Assembly: GCA_023395595.1 (NCBI GenBank)
Contig: JAEWYO010000044.1
Coordinates: 5,193-69,192, forward strand
DNA: 64,000 nt
Reading direction: 5' to 3'
Origin: Bacillota bacterium
GTDB taxonomy: Bacteria; Bacillota; Clostridia; Christensenellales; CAG-138
The notes under the pieces were generated by a model, which was given only the letters and a program-made list of their open reading frames with translations, made no database searches and had not been told where the DNA came from. Positions 17,692 through 27,169 of this stretch are shown here, one piece after another; position 1 is the stretch's first letter, and the number at the start of each line of letters is the position of its first letter. The position numbers and the translations under genes are program-made.

Positions 17692-17894
17692 GCAAGTAAG
17701 CCGGTTAATCAGGCGACAAATCGCACAATAATCCATTATATCTAGCAAAAAACGCAATTCAGTGACATTGATGTCATTTACGAAATGCAAGACGCAAAAC
17801 CCAAACCAAGCGTCATCTGAACCCAACCCGAAAAATCAAAGTTCCAAGGTCTGTGGCTTCCCACTATACAACCACCCGTAAGGAGTTCAATTCT

Positions 17895-18770
17895 ATGGTC
17901 GAATTCTTCCAACAAGTGGTCGGCGGCATCGAAACCGGCAGCATGTATGCGCTGGCGGCGATGGGTCTCGTACTCATCTATCAAACCGCAAAGATCATCA
18001 ACTTTTCACAGGGCACACTCGGCATGTTCATGGCGTATGTGTGCACAGGGCTGATCCTTGATCTCGGGCTGCCGATGTGGATCGCGGTTCCGGTCGCGAT
18101 GATCCTCGCGATGGTGCTCGGCGCGCTGATTGACCGCTTCCTCATGAACGGCAAAAGCAATATCACGAACCTCAGCCGCGAGATGATCACCCTTGCGATC
18201 ATCATGATCTTTCAAGGGCTTGCACCGATGCTCTTTGGCGCAAACGAAACGCCGTTCAGCAAATTTATCTCCGCCTCCGCGCTAGACATTGGCGGGGTGA
18301 AGCTCCTGCCGAACTCCCTATTGATCATCGGCATCACCTGCGTGATCATGGCGGTTCTCTTCTTTGTTCTGGAGAAGACAACACTGGGCGTCGCCGTCCG
18401 CGCAACCGCATCCAACCCGCAGGTTGCGCGCCTGCAGGGCATCCCGGTCAAGCTGGTCACCATCGGCGCATGGGCGGTTGCAACCGCGCTTGGCTGCCTT
18501 GCCGCCGTCATGGTCGCTCCGCTGAAAAACGTGACCGTCTCCATGATGGACAGCATCCACCTCAACTCTTTCATCGCGTCTGTGCTCGGCGGGTTTTCCA
18601 CCTTCTACGGGCCGGTGGTCGCGAGCTTTATCATTGGCATCGCCAACAACCTTCTGGGTTACTATGTCTCTACCAAGTGGTCTCTGCCGCTGCTGTATGC
18701 GCTGATTCTGCTGTTTATCGTGCTGCGCCCCAACGGGCTCTTCGGCAAAAAAATCGTCAAAAAAGTATAG
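17895..18770 (+). CDS. livH: branched-chain amino acid ABC transporter permease
   Basis: MVEFFQQVVGGIETGSMYALAAMGLVLIY is the typical LivH N-terminus. AGGAG lies 9 nt upstream of the ATG at 17895; the ORF track starts at 17853. Confidence 0.88.
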   Translation: MVEFFQQVVGGIETGSMYALAAMGLVLIYQTAKIINFSQGTLGMFMAYVCTGLILDLGLPMWIAVPVAMILAMVLGALIDRFLMNGKSNITNLSREMITLAIIMIFQGLAPMLFGANETPFSKFISASALDIGGVKLLPNSLLIIGITCVIMAVLFFVLEKTTLGVAVRATASNPQVARLQGIPVKLVTIGAWAVATALGCLAAVMVAPLKNVTVSMMDSIHLNSFIASVLGGFSTFYGPVVASFIIGIANNLLGYYVSTKWSLPLLYALILLFIVLRPNGLFGKKIVKKV

Positions 18771-18779
18771 GAGAACCGC

Positions 18780-19769
18780 ATGCGGCTGATTCGAAACAAG
18801 TATTTCCAATATCTTCTCGTCGGCGTGGTGTTTCTGCTGCCGGTGATCATCCGCGGCGTGCCAACGGCGACGGTCACGCTCGCCGCCAGCATGGTGTATA
18901 CCGCAATCGCAGCCCTCGGCATCAATGTGCTGCTCGGCTATTCCGGTCAAATCTCGCTGGGACACGCTGCTTTTATGGGGCTTTCGGCCTACCTGAGCGC
19001 ATACTTGACCAAGCAGATGGACCTCCCGTTTCTGCTCTCCGTGCTGATTGCCGTGATCGTACCGATGCTCATCGGACTCATCCTCGGCGCAATCGCGGTC
19101 CGGCTGGAAGGGTTTTACCTCGCGATCGCGACGCTAGGCTTCGGCGAAATCCTGCGCCAGCTCTTCATCGAGATGGACTGGTTCACGGGTGGCTTCTCCG
19201 GCGCATCTGCAACCTATCCCAAAGTTTTCGGGCATACCTTCAGCAAGAGCGAGATGTATATCTTCATGGTCTGCCTGCTTGTGGTGCTGATGATGTTGGT
19301 CTATAACCTCGTTCATTCTTCCACGGGTCGCGCGATGATCGCCATGAAGAGCAGCAAAACGGCAGCGATGGCGATGGGGGTCAACGTTTTTCAATACAAG
19401 CTCATCAGCTTTGCCATCAGTTCCGTGTTTGCCGGGCTTGCAGGTGTTTGCTATGTCCACTTCTTCCGTCACGTGGACCCGACCGTCTGGACGGCGGCGC
19501 TCTCGCTCAACCTGATCGCAATCGTGGTCATCGGCGGCGCGGCAACCGTCGGCGGCGCTGTCGTCGGCGCGGTGGTCATGCACGGCCTGCCGGAGCTCAT
19601 GAAGGGTATGCCCGTCGTGGGCGAAATCCCCGGCGTGCCGCTGCTCATCGTCGGCATCCTGATGGTCATCATGCTGATCTTCTACCCGCGCGGCTTGATC
19701 CATATCCCGCGCGATATCGCAAACTTTTTCCAAAAACGCGCCACACGCGCCAAGAAAGGAGAGGCATAA
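18780..19769 (+). CDS. livM: branched-chain amino acid ABC transporter permease
   Basis: LivM-type motif GYSGQISLGHAAFMGL, a multi-TM protein, with an AGGAGA RBS. Confidence 0.88.
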   Translation: MRLIRNKYFQYLLVGVVFLLPVIIRGVPTATVTLAASMVYTAIAALGINVLLGYSGQISLGHAAFMGLSAYLSAYLTKQMDLPFLLSVLIAVIVPMLIGLILGAIAVRLEGFYLAIATLGFGEILRQLFIEMDWFTGGFSGASATYPKVFGHTFSKSEMYIFMVCLLVVLMMLVYNLVHSSTGRAMIAMKSSKTAAMAMGVNVFQYKLISFAISSVFAGLAGVCYVHFFRHVDPTVWTAALSLNLIAIVVIGGAATVGGAVVGAVVMHGLPELMKGMPVVGEIPGVPLLIVGILMVIMLIFYPRGLIHIPRDIANFFQKRATRAKKGEA

Positions 19770-19772
19770 ACC

Positions 19773-20561
19773 ATGTCGCGAGTATTATCGGTTGACCATC
19801 TCTCCATTAGCTTCGGCGGGCTCCGCGCGGTGGACGATCTCTCCTTTCATATCGACCGCCATGAGATCTACGGGCTCATCGGCCCGAACGGCGCAGGTAA
19901 AACCACGGTGTTCAACTGCATCACGCAGTTCTATAAGCCGGATACCGGCGAAATCCGTTTCACCGACCAAAAGGGTAAGGAACACCTGCTCAACGGCATG
20001 CCCGCGCACAAGATCATCGGGCTTGGACTGGTTCGCACCTTCCAAAACACGGAGATCATCCGCGAACTGCCGATCATCGACAACGTGCTGCTCGGCGCAC
20101 ATACCGAGTTTCGTGCCGGAACGCTGGCCAACATGTTTGCGATGCCCTGGGCGCGCAAACAGGAGCGCGAACTGCGCAAAAAAGCGATGGATGTGCTGGC
20201 GTATGTCGGCCTCGACAAGATCGCAAATGAATATGCCGGTGCACAACCCTACGGTGTGCTCAAGCTCATCGAGCTGGGACGTACGCTGATGTGCGACCCG
20301 AGCCTGATCATCCTCGACGAACCGGCGGGCGGGCTCAACGACAGCGAGACCGAGCGCTTAACCGAGCTCATCCGCGGCATCGCGCGAGATCGGCACTGCG
20401 CAATCCTGCTGGTGGAGCACGACATGAAGCTCGTGATGACGTTGTGCGACCGCATCTGCGCAATCTCGTTCGGCAAAAAGCTCGCGGAGGGAACCGCCGC
20501 AGAAATTCAGCAAAACCCGTTGGTTCAGGACGCATACCTGGGCAAGGAGGACGAGGCATGA
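19773..20561 (+). CDS. livG: branched-chain amino acid ABC transporter ATP-binding protein
   Basis: Walker A GPNGAGKTT, the LivG-type insertion, an ABC-signature region (AGAQPYGVLK, divergent from LSGGQ), and Walker B LIILDEPAGG. Confidence 0.9.
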   Translation: MSRVLSVDHLSISFGGLRAVDDLSFHIDRHEIYGLIGPNGAGKTTVFNCITQFYKPDTGEIRFTDQKGKEHLLNGMPAHKIIGLGLVRTFQNTEIIRELPIIDNVLLGAHTEFRAGTLANMFAMPWARKQERELRKKAMDVLAYVGLDKIANEYAGAQPYGVLKLIELGRTLMCDPSLIILDEPAGGLNDSETERLTELIRGIARDRHCAILLVEHDMKLVMTLCDRICAISFGKKLAEGTAAEIQQNPLVQDAYLGKEDEA

Positions 20562-21292
20562 GGCAACCCGCCGATTCACAGCGCGCGGCGCTGAACATTC
20601 ACGACCTAAGCGTATCCTATGGCCGCATCGACGCCCTGAAACACGTCAATTTGGAGATTCGCGAAGGCGAGATCGTCGCCATCCTCGGCGCAAACGGCGC
20701 AGGAAAATCCAGTCTCTTGCGCGCCATCTCCGGTCTTGTGTCGGTTTCCGGCGGTGAGATCCTCTCCTTTGGCAAGCCGATCCACACCATCCCCGCGGAA
20801 AAACTCGTTTCGCGCGGAATTGTGCAATCCCCCGAAGGACGGCAGATTTTCGCCGACTTGACGGTGGAAGATAACCTTGTTGCGGGCGGTTTCACCGTCT
20901 CCGCCGCTGAACGCAAGGCAAACCTTGCGATGGTGTATGAGCGTTTCCCGATTCTTGGCAAGCGCGCAAAGCAGGTTGCGGGCACACTCTCCGGCGGCGA
21001 ACAGCAGATGCTCGCCATCGGGCGCGCGTTGATGGCGAACCCGAAGATTCTGCTGCTGGACGAACCCTCGCTGGGTCTTGCGCCGCTGATCGTACGCGAT
21101 ATCTTCAACATCGTCGAGCAGCTCAACAAGCAGGGCGTCACCGTTGTGCTTGTGGAACAGAACGCGAAGCAATCGCTCAAGATTGCGCACTATGCTTATG
21201 TTCTGGAAGTCGGCTCCATCTCAATGGAAGGCCCCGCGGAAGATTTGCTCAAGGACGACCGCGTCATCGAAGCCTATCTGGGCAAGAGCTGA
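20558..21292 (+). CDS. livF: branched-chain amino acid ABC transporter ATP-binding protein
   Basis: Walker A GANGAGKSS, signature LSGGEQQ, and Walker B LLLLDEPS. The ATG overlaps the livG stop (ATGA). The ORF-track extension to 20291 is out of context. Confidence 0.9.
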   Translation: MRQPADSQRAALNIHDLSVSYGRIDALKHVNLEIREGEIVAILGANGAGKSSLLRAISGLVSVSGGEILSFGKPIHTIPAEKLVSRGIVQSPEGRQIFADLTVEDNLVAGGFTVSAAERKANLAMVYERFPILGKRAKQVAGTLSGGEQQMLAIGRALMANPKILLLDEPSLGLAPLIVRDIFNIVEQLNKQGVTVVLVEQNAKQSLKIAHYAYVLEVGSISMEGPAEDLLKDDRVIEAYLGKS

Positions 21293-21389
21293 CCTTCCGA
21301 CGTGCTTGAAAAACTTCGATTCACGTATTATTACCCGATTGACATGGCGATTTGCCATTCATAAACCGAACATTAAAAGGAGGAAGACC

Positions 21390-22700
21390 ATGAAAAAAAT
21401 CGTATCATTGCTATTGGTGGTTCTGATGTTGGGATCGCTCGTTGCCTGTGCTCCGCAGACGCAAGCGCCCGCAGCAGAAGCCCCCGCCGCCACCGAAGCC
21501 GCACAGGAAGCGGCAGCCCCCGCAGAAGAAGCAACCCCCGCCGAACCGCAGCAGGGCGTGACGGACACCGAAGTGCTCATCGCCAACAGCATTGCTGTCT
21601 CCGGCGCGTATGCGCCCGTCGGCGTGCCGTTTAAGTACGGCATGGAAGCCTACTTCAAGATGGTAAACGACAACGGCGGCATCGCCGGCAGAACCATCAA
21701 GTACATCCACACCGACGATGAATTCTCGCCGGAAAAGGGCATCGCAGCCTTTGAAAAGTTCTTCTATGATGACAAAGTCTTCGCCATCGTTGGTCATTTC
21801 GGCACGCCCGTCGTCGCCGCCACGCTGGACGAAATGAAAGAAGTCGGCATCCCGACCGTTTACTACGCAACCGGCATCGGTCAGCTCTATCAGGAGAAGG
21901 CAGAGGGCACGAACCGCTCCTCCTTCCCGATTCAGCCGATCTACACCACCGAAGGTCAGGTCATGGTCGCCTATGCAAAGGGCTACTTTGATGCCAAGAC
22001 CATCGGCGTTGTTTACACCAACGACGACGCGGGCAAATCCCTCTTCGAAGGCATCTCCATCGCCGCCGAGAAATACGGCGTGACGCTGGTGTCCGAGTCC
22101 ATTCAGGCCGGCGCAACCGATGCCTCCGCGCAGGTTGCCAAGGTCAAGGATTGCGACATGGTCATCGCCGCGATGATCCAGGCAACCTTCCCCGTACTCA
22201 TCAAAGAGATGGAAAAACAGGACATCATGAAGCCCGTGCTGACCACCTACGTCAACGTTTCCAAGACGCTGACCGACGCAAACGCAGAGCACGTGCAGAA
22301 GCTCATGAAGACCGAAGGCGCGGGCATCTACGGCTTGGGCTGGGTGGACACGACCGACCTCACCACCGAGAGCTTCGTCAACTTCTACAAATACATGCCG
22401 GAAGTCGGCGCAACGGAAGCCGATATGAACGCCTTTGCCATGACGGGCTGGATCGCGGGCAGCGTCTTCTGTCAGGGTCTGGAGCGCGCAGGCAAAGACC
22501 TCACCTGGGCAAGCTTCATGGATGCCATGGAATCCGCGCCCATCGTGAACCCCTTCGGCGGCTCGGTCGATTTCTCGAACGGTCAGCGCAAGGGCACCAC
22601 GGAGATGAACCTCTCCAAGATGGATGACACCGCGGCCTCCGGCTGGACGCTCATCATCCCGATCAAGAGCATCGACGATATTCTTGCGGGTGTGAAATAA
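21390..22700 (+). CDS. ABC transporter substrate-binding lipoprotein (Leu/Ile/Val-binding protein family)
   Basis: Lipobox MKKIVSLLLVVLMLGSLVAC and an Ala/Pro/Glu-rich tether, followed by Peripla_BP_6-like GVTDTEVLIANS...GRTIKY. AGGAGG RBS. The ORF-track start at 21144 is rejected. Confidence 0.85.
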   Translation: MKKIVSLLLVVLMLGSLVACAPQTQAPAAEAPAATEAAQEAAAPAEEATPAEPQQGVTDTEVLIANSIAVSGAYAPVGVPFKYGMEAYFKMVNDNGGIAGRTIKYIHTDDEFSPEKGIAAFEKFFYDDKVFAIVGHFGTPVVAATLDEMKEVGIPTVYYATGIGQLYQEKAEGTNRSSFPIQPIYTTEGQVMVAYAKGYFDAKTIGVVYTNDDAGKSLFEGISIAAEKYGVTLVSESIQAGATDASAQVAKVKDCDMVIAAMIQATFPVLIKEMEKQDIMKPVLTTYVNVSKTLTDANAEHVQKLMKTEGAGIYGLGWVDTTDLTTESFVNFYKYMPEVGATEADMNAFAMTGWIAGSVFCQGLERAGKDLTWASFMDAMESAPIVNPFGGSVDFSNGQRKGTTEMNLSKMDDTAASGWTLIIPIKSIDDILAGVK

Positions 22701-22851
22701 GTACTATCTCCTGTTCTCCTTCCGCGTGTACCGTTCAGACGGAAAGCCATATACCGTCTGAACGGGCACGCACTGATTCAAGCCACACGCTTCGGCAGCA
22801 GGCAAAGCGATTTGCCAGCAGAATGTTGCCCGAGCAAAACACAAGCAGAAG

Positions 22852-22888
22852 AAAACCTCCTACCGAACAAGTATCGGTAGGAGGTTTT
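22852..22888. terminator. bidirectional rho-independent terminator between convergent genes
   Basis: aaaacctcctaccga (22852-22866) pairs with tcggtaggaggtttt (22874-22888) as a 15-bp stem. A-run and T-run flanks give a U-tract on both strands. Confidence 0.75.
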
Positions 22889-22928
22889 GTGTAGTCCGTT
22901 ATTTGATTGAATCGTGCGTTTTGTGACT

Positions 22929-24437
22929 TTACAGCCGCTTCATTGTGCACTCCGACGGGATCATCTTGAGCAAAAACGGGAATCCCGCGTTGGTTGATCT
23001 GCGCGAGAAGATGAGTTGATCCATTTCCAGCGCGAGGCAATACTCCTGTTCAAAGCAGGATTCAATCCAGCGTGCAACGAAGACCAGCTTGGCCGGTTCC
23101 TCAAAATAACCGCTCAAGAGCACGCGCGTCATCGGCGAACCGGAACCGGAATAGTCGTTCTCCCGGCGGGAACCGTCCAAAGCGATCACAAAACGTTGTT
23201 CGTTTCCGTCGGCAAAGCGCAGATCCAGCGTGCAAGACGCGGAGGCGAATCCGATCGTGCAGCCTGCCACCTCCGGCGGAAGCGGCGCGCCGCCCATCAT
23301 GCTGCCGGTCGCTTCACCGATGATGAGTTTTCCGGAGCCGGTCTCATAAGCACCGGAGAGCAGTTCCCGCATGCCATGCGGCTGAAAAACGGGCTTGGGC
23401 AGCGCAAGCCGCTGCAAACGCGCGGCAAGCCTCGCGTCCGCCGCCTCGTCCGCGCGAAACGGTTCCGATTCCAGCCGCTCAAAGAAGCGCCAGATGCAAT
23501 CCAGCGATTTTTGCGCCCAGTGCGCGCTTCCCGCCGTCTCATTGATCGAAACGATCAAATCCAGCTTAGGATGCACGATAGAATATTGCCCGAACGCGCC
23601 GTCCGCACGATAGCAGCCGGGGTGGCGGCACATCCAGATTTGGAACCCATAGCCAACGAAATTATCCAGAGCGGGCGGGTTGTTTGCCGCCTCGCTCGCA
23701 GTGTCGATCTGTTTGCTGGTGGCAAGGCGCACATATTCTTCCGAGAGGATGCGCTCGCCCGACCATGTGCCGCCGTTTTGATAGAGCATCATCAACCGCA
23801 GGTTATCCTCCGTGGTAGCGAATAGCCCACCGCCGCCGACCTCAATACCATCCGGCATGGTCGTCCAGTGCAGGTTTTCCGCATCGATACCAATCTTGTC
23901 AAACAAGCGGGGCTTGAGATACTGCATCAGCGTCTTGCCCGATCTTCTGCAAACCATCGCGGCGAGCAGTGTCGATCCCGTGCTGTTGTAAAAAAATGCG
24001 CTGCCCGGCTCGTGCAACACGGGAGTAGCGAGAAAGTCGCGAATCCAGTCCGCGCTCGGCCACGGCATCTCCTCCATGCCCGTGCCCATGCAAAGCACGT
24101 CCCGCACAGTCATTTTACTCAGGTTTTCAGAGACCTCAGCGGGCATCTCCGCCGGAAATATCGCGGAAATCTTCTCGTCCAACCGCAAAAGCCCTTCTGT
24201 ATATGCGATGCCAACCGCGGTTGCCGCATAGGTTTTGGAGAGCGATTGCAGCCCGTGGCGTGTGCCCGGCGCATAGGGAGTCCACCATCCCTCAGCGCAA
24301 ACCTTGCCGTGGCGGAGGATCATCAGCCCATGTGGCTCAGTAAAGCCGGACTCCAGCTCGTCTAGAAACGCATTGATTGCGGCGGCGGACAAGCCAACTG
24401 CGCCGGGCGAAACCCGTTCTAATTCCATTCGATTCAT
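22929..24437 (-). CDS. serine hydrolase, beta-lactamase fold (family VIII carboxylesterase-like) with extra C-terminal domain
   Basis: SxxK motif QSLSKTY, a conserved Tyr region (FYNSTGS), no signal peptide, and 502 aa. It is a paralogue of 60301-61821. Confidence 0.8.
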   Translation of the reverse strand: MNRMELERVSPGAVGLSAAAINAFLDELESGFTEPHGLMILRHGKVCAEGWWTPYAPGTRHGLQSLSKTYAATAVGIAYTEGLLRLDEKISAIFPAEMPAEVSENLSKMTVRDVLCMGTGMEEMPWPSADWIRDFLATPVLHEPGSAFFYNSTGSTLLAAMVCRRSGKTLMQYLKPRLFDKIGIDAENLHWTTMPDGIEVGGGGLFATTEDNLRLMMLYQNGGTWSGERILSEEYVRLATSKQIDTASEAANNPPALDNFVGYGFQIWMCRHPGCYRADGAFGQYSIVHPKLDLIVSINETAGSAHWAQKSLDCIWRFFERLESEPFRADEAADARLAARLQRLALPKPVFQPHGMRELLSGAYETGSGKLIIGEATGSMMGGAPLPPEVAGCTIGFASASCTLDLRFADGNEQRFVIALDGSRRENDYSGSGSPMTRVLLSGYFEEPAKLVFVARWIESCFEQEYCLALEMDQLIFSRRSTNAGFPFLLKMIPSECTMKRL

Positions 24438-24504
24438 CGTGTCATTCCCTCTTCTTTCATTCTATTGTGCTTCTACCATCTCTTGTGCGTTTCTATCGTC
24501 GCCG

Positions 24505-26217
24505 TTATGCTTCCGATGTCTGAAACACCGTCGTCCCTTGCGGATCAACGCCCGTGACGGAAAACGTCGCTTGCGCAAAATCCACCAGTAGCGTCGCCGT
24601 GAATCCATCCTTCTGCCAAATAAAGCGCACGATGGATTCCGTCTCGCTCATGAGCGCCAGTTCTGCGTCAAAACCGAATGCGGGAAATGCGTTGCGAAAG
24701 CGCAGGAGCGCGAGCTGCCGCTGCACCACGTCTTGCCCGATTGACTCTTCGATTCTTTCTTTGGAAAGATTGCTGCGGTTGATCTCCTTGTGCCCACCCG
24801 CGCCAGCGTGCGCAACGGCTTCATGATCGTTTTTGCCCGCGAAGAGATCCAGATACCATACCTGCGGGATGCCGGGCATGAAAAGTTGCACCGCGCGGCA
24901 GAGCAAAAGTCGCTGTTCGCTCTCGCCCAATGCGGAAAAATACGTCGCGTTTACCTGATAATACGCGTTCTTCTGCCCGTAGAGATTCTTCACATAGCCG
25001 CCGCGCGAGACGACGGTTTGAATCAGCGATTCGATTCTTTCGTCCGGCACCAAGCCGCGCAAATCCAGCAGCGGGATTCCATCGTGGCAGCCGAGCATGT
25101 TGACCACGCGATAATCGTTTGTCACGAGCTCCGTCCCCCAGCGCGTAATCAGCGCGCCGGAACCTGTCTCCAACGCATCCAAAAGAACCCCCGGCAGGAA
25201 GAAGTCATAGGTCATATAGCCACGCTTGGCGATCTCGGCATACGTCTGCTCCGCATAGGTCGCGTGAATCTCCGGAAGCAGTGTCAGCCCCTGCTCCGCC
25301 GCCATGCCACGCAAGCACTCCAGCATCTGCCAAGTCTCCGGCTCGTTGAAGAAATTGCGTCTGCCCGCGATTTTGGACGCATACGCAAACGCATCCAGCC
25401 GGACGATCTTGGCGCCGTAGGAAGCAAGGTTCTCAAGCGTCTGCTGGTAAAACGCCCAGACAGCGGGAGAATTTACGTTCAAGTCCATCTGGCCGAGATA
25501 GCTGCGCTTGGATTCCAGCGTGTCGATTCCAGCAGCTTCCTTGCCGCTTGGCCAGTCGATCTCAGCTGGTTTTTTGCCCACGTCCAGCACGAGGTTGACG
25601 CGCTGCGTGAGCGCCTCCGCCGCCGCAGACGAGAGCGAGAGTCGCTCCATCCAATCGTTTACCGTCAGGCGCGGATAGCGAATTTCCTGATAAAACGTGT
25701 TCCAATACGGACGCTCGGTTCCGTCAGGAAAGCGCACCATCAAAATCGGCAAACCCGGCTTGCGGAAGAACATATCCGCGATCAGCTCCGGCTCCGGCTG
25801 CAGATAGCCCCCTTGCGTCATCTCACCCCTGCCACTCCAGAACGCGTTCCAGTCGATGAAAAAGTCGCGATAAGGCGAATCGTCACCACGCACGATCATA
25901 TCCTGAAACTGCGGAGACTGCACCGACGCATGGTTGAGCACAAAATCGAGTTTAAGCGAAACACCGCTCGCGCGAATGGCGTCAAGGTCGGCTTTGGTCG
26001 CCAGCGATTGCTCGATGCCGTAGTCAATTACGGAAAAGCCACGATCCAAATCGGTGTGAAACAGACTCGGCAGTACATAGAGCGCAGAAAACGCACCTTT
26101 CACCCCATCTTTTGCAAGAAACGCGGCGGCTTGGCCGAGCGTTTCACCAAGGCTATCGGGATACAGATTCAACATTGTTCCGCCGAGCGGGGAACTCTGC
26201 TTCGTTTCGTTTTGCAT
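24505..26217 (-). CDS. GH13_18 alpha-glucoside phosphorylase (sucrose-phosphorylase family), long variant
   Basis: Catalytic signatures VRLDAFAY (nucleophile), LLPEIH (acid/base) and CHDGIP; the N-terminal motif is LDRGFSVIDY. I set the start at ATG 26217 (MQNETK). The 796-aa ORF-track version overlaps the kinase gene and is rejected. Confidence 0.85.
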   Translation of the reverse strand: MQNETKQSSPLGGTMLNLYPDSLGETLGQAAAFLAKDGVKGAFSALYVLPSLFHTDLDRGFSVIDYGIEQSLATKADLDAIRASGVSLKLDFVLNHASVQSPQFQDMIVRGDDSPYRDFFIDWNAFWSGRGEMTQGGYLQPEPELIADMFFRKPGLPILMVRFPDGTERPYWNTFYQEIRYPRLTVNDWMERLSLSSAAAEALTQRVNLVLDVGKKPAEIDWPSGKEAAGIDTLESKRSYLGQMDLNVNSPAVWAFYQQTLENLASYGAKIVRLDAFAYASKIAGRRNFFNEPETWQMLECLRGMAAEQGLTLLPEIHATYAEQTYAEIAKRGYMTYDFFLPGVLLDALETGSGALITRWGTELVTNDYRVVNMLGCHDGIPLLDLRGLVPDERIESLIQTVVSRGGYVKNLYGQKNAYYQVNATYFSALGESEQRLLLCRAVQLFMPGIPQVWYLDLFAGKNDHEAVAHAGAGGHKEINRSNLSKERIEESIGQDVVQRQLALLRFRNAFPAFGFDAELALMSETESIVRFIWQKDGFTATLLVDFAQATFSVTGVDPQGTTVFQTSEA

Positions 26218-26224
26218 ATCGTTC

Positions 26225-27157
26225 TTACTCCGCGCGCAGTTGCTGCATTTGTTCCGGTGTAAAGAGTTCGCCGCTCTTGCTGACAACAATCTTTGCCTTA
26301 TGCGCCTGTTTTTGCAACAACCCTTGTTCGATCTCCAGCACCATCGTGGTAAAGGGGCTGTCCGGCGCGCCGTCCCGCGCGCGCAGCTTACGATGCGCGA
26401 GGGTTTCCTCCGGCGTGCTGTTGAGCAAAACCGGGATGTCCACACCCGCCAGCAGGTCGTTGTTGCCATGTGTCCATTCCACGACAAGCACGGAGACATT
26501 CTGCATCTCGACGCGTTCATACCAAAGCGCGGTTTCCTCCCGACCCATGCGTTTGAGAAACAGCGCGGGTTCACCTGCGTGAAAACGCGACAGAATGGTC
26601 GAAAGCTCTGCAAAATCGATCTCGTTTTGCGTGCCGAGATAACCCGAAAGCCCTGCCCTGCCTGCGTTTTGATAGATCGCAAGCCACGGGTGCTCACTGC
26701 GCAGCGCAGTATCCGCCTCGCGTCCGTCACGCATAAGTTGCGCGAGGGTTTCCGCCCGCGCGGCGTTATATTCACCCGCCGCGAGCAGTCCACGCAGCGC
26801 GGCAACGCGGAACACGCGCAGGCGCTCCGCATCGTTGAAAAACGGAATGCGATGCGGATAGTTGTCCCCGGAGAGCGTATAGGCCCCAATCCCACATTGA
26901 TTCAAATAAAAGCTCAGCAGTGACGCGGTTTCACTCTTGCCAACGCCGGAACCGCCGCAGATCGCGACAACCGCCTTTTGCGCGGGATTGTTCGCCAGTA
27001 CATCCGGCAGCAGCGTGAGCAGGCGCGGGAAAATCACATTCGCTTTGGCAATGTGCCCCGCGTTGATCGAAACCTTGTCCCCCGGCATGTCCCCGTGGGG
27101 GATTTCGTCCGGAATCGCAGGCGCGATCCATACGCGCGAAAAAACAGAAAGATCCAT
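26225..27157 (-). CDS. P-loop kinase, uridine-kinase / PRK / glycerate-3-kinase-like family
   Basis: Walker A AICGGSGVGKSE, followed by TLSGDNYPH, VVEWTHG and HRKLRARDG blocks typical of PF00485-type kinases. AGGAGA RBS. The stop lies 7 nt before the phosphorylase start. Confidence 0.65.
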   Translation of the reverse strand: MDLSVFSRVWIAPAIPDEIPHGDMPGDKVSINAGHIAKANVIFPRLLTLLPDVLANNPAQKAVVAICGGSGVGKSETASLLSFYLNQCGIGAYTLSGDNYPHRIPFFNDAERLRVFRVAALRGLLAAGEYNAARAETLAQLMRDGREADTALRSEHPWLAIYQNAGRAGLSGYLGTQNEIDFAELSTILSRFHAGEPALFLKRMGREETALWYERVEMQNVSVLVVEWTHGNNDLLAGVDIPVLLNSTPEETLAHRKLRARDGAPDSPFTTMVLEIEQGLLQKQAHKAKIVVSKSGELFTPEQMQQLRAE

Positions 27158-27169
27158 ATCTCTTTTCTC

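Noticed and set aside
17514-17699. A 61-aa ORF in the KASIII/liv divergent region, as a candidate small protein or leader peptide.
   Set aside because: It has no RBS, it overlaps the predicted liv promoter, and the sequence is dominated by the T-rich hairpin region.
17692-17894. A possible T-box or other riboswitch in the roughly 200-nt leader of the liv operon.
   Set aside because: I found no T-box sequence (AGGGTGGTACCGCG-like), no specifier-loop architecture and no terminator/antiterminator pair. Only a 6-bp inverted repeat (tgacat-tg-atgtca) is present. An Infernal scan would be needed to be sure.
21445-21550. Repetitive GCC/GCA/GAA/CCC-rich DNA at the 5' ends of the three SBP genes (also about 33900-33960 and 57560-57650), as possible tandem repeats or contingency loci.
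   Set aside because: The repeats are imperfect and in-frame. They encode Ala/Pro/Glu/Thr tethers directly after the lipobox Cys, which is the usual flexible linker of Gram-positive lipoproteins. No exact unit repeat was seen.
24505-26895. A 796-aa ORF suggesting a fused protein with a large N-terminal extension on the GH13_18 phosphorylase.
   Set aside because: The extra roughly 225 aa overlap the P-loop kinase gene in another frame and are Arg/Cys/Ser-rich nonsense. A normal phosphorylase N-terminus begins at the ATG at 26217, right after the kinase stop.
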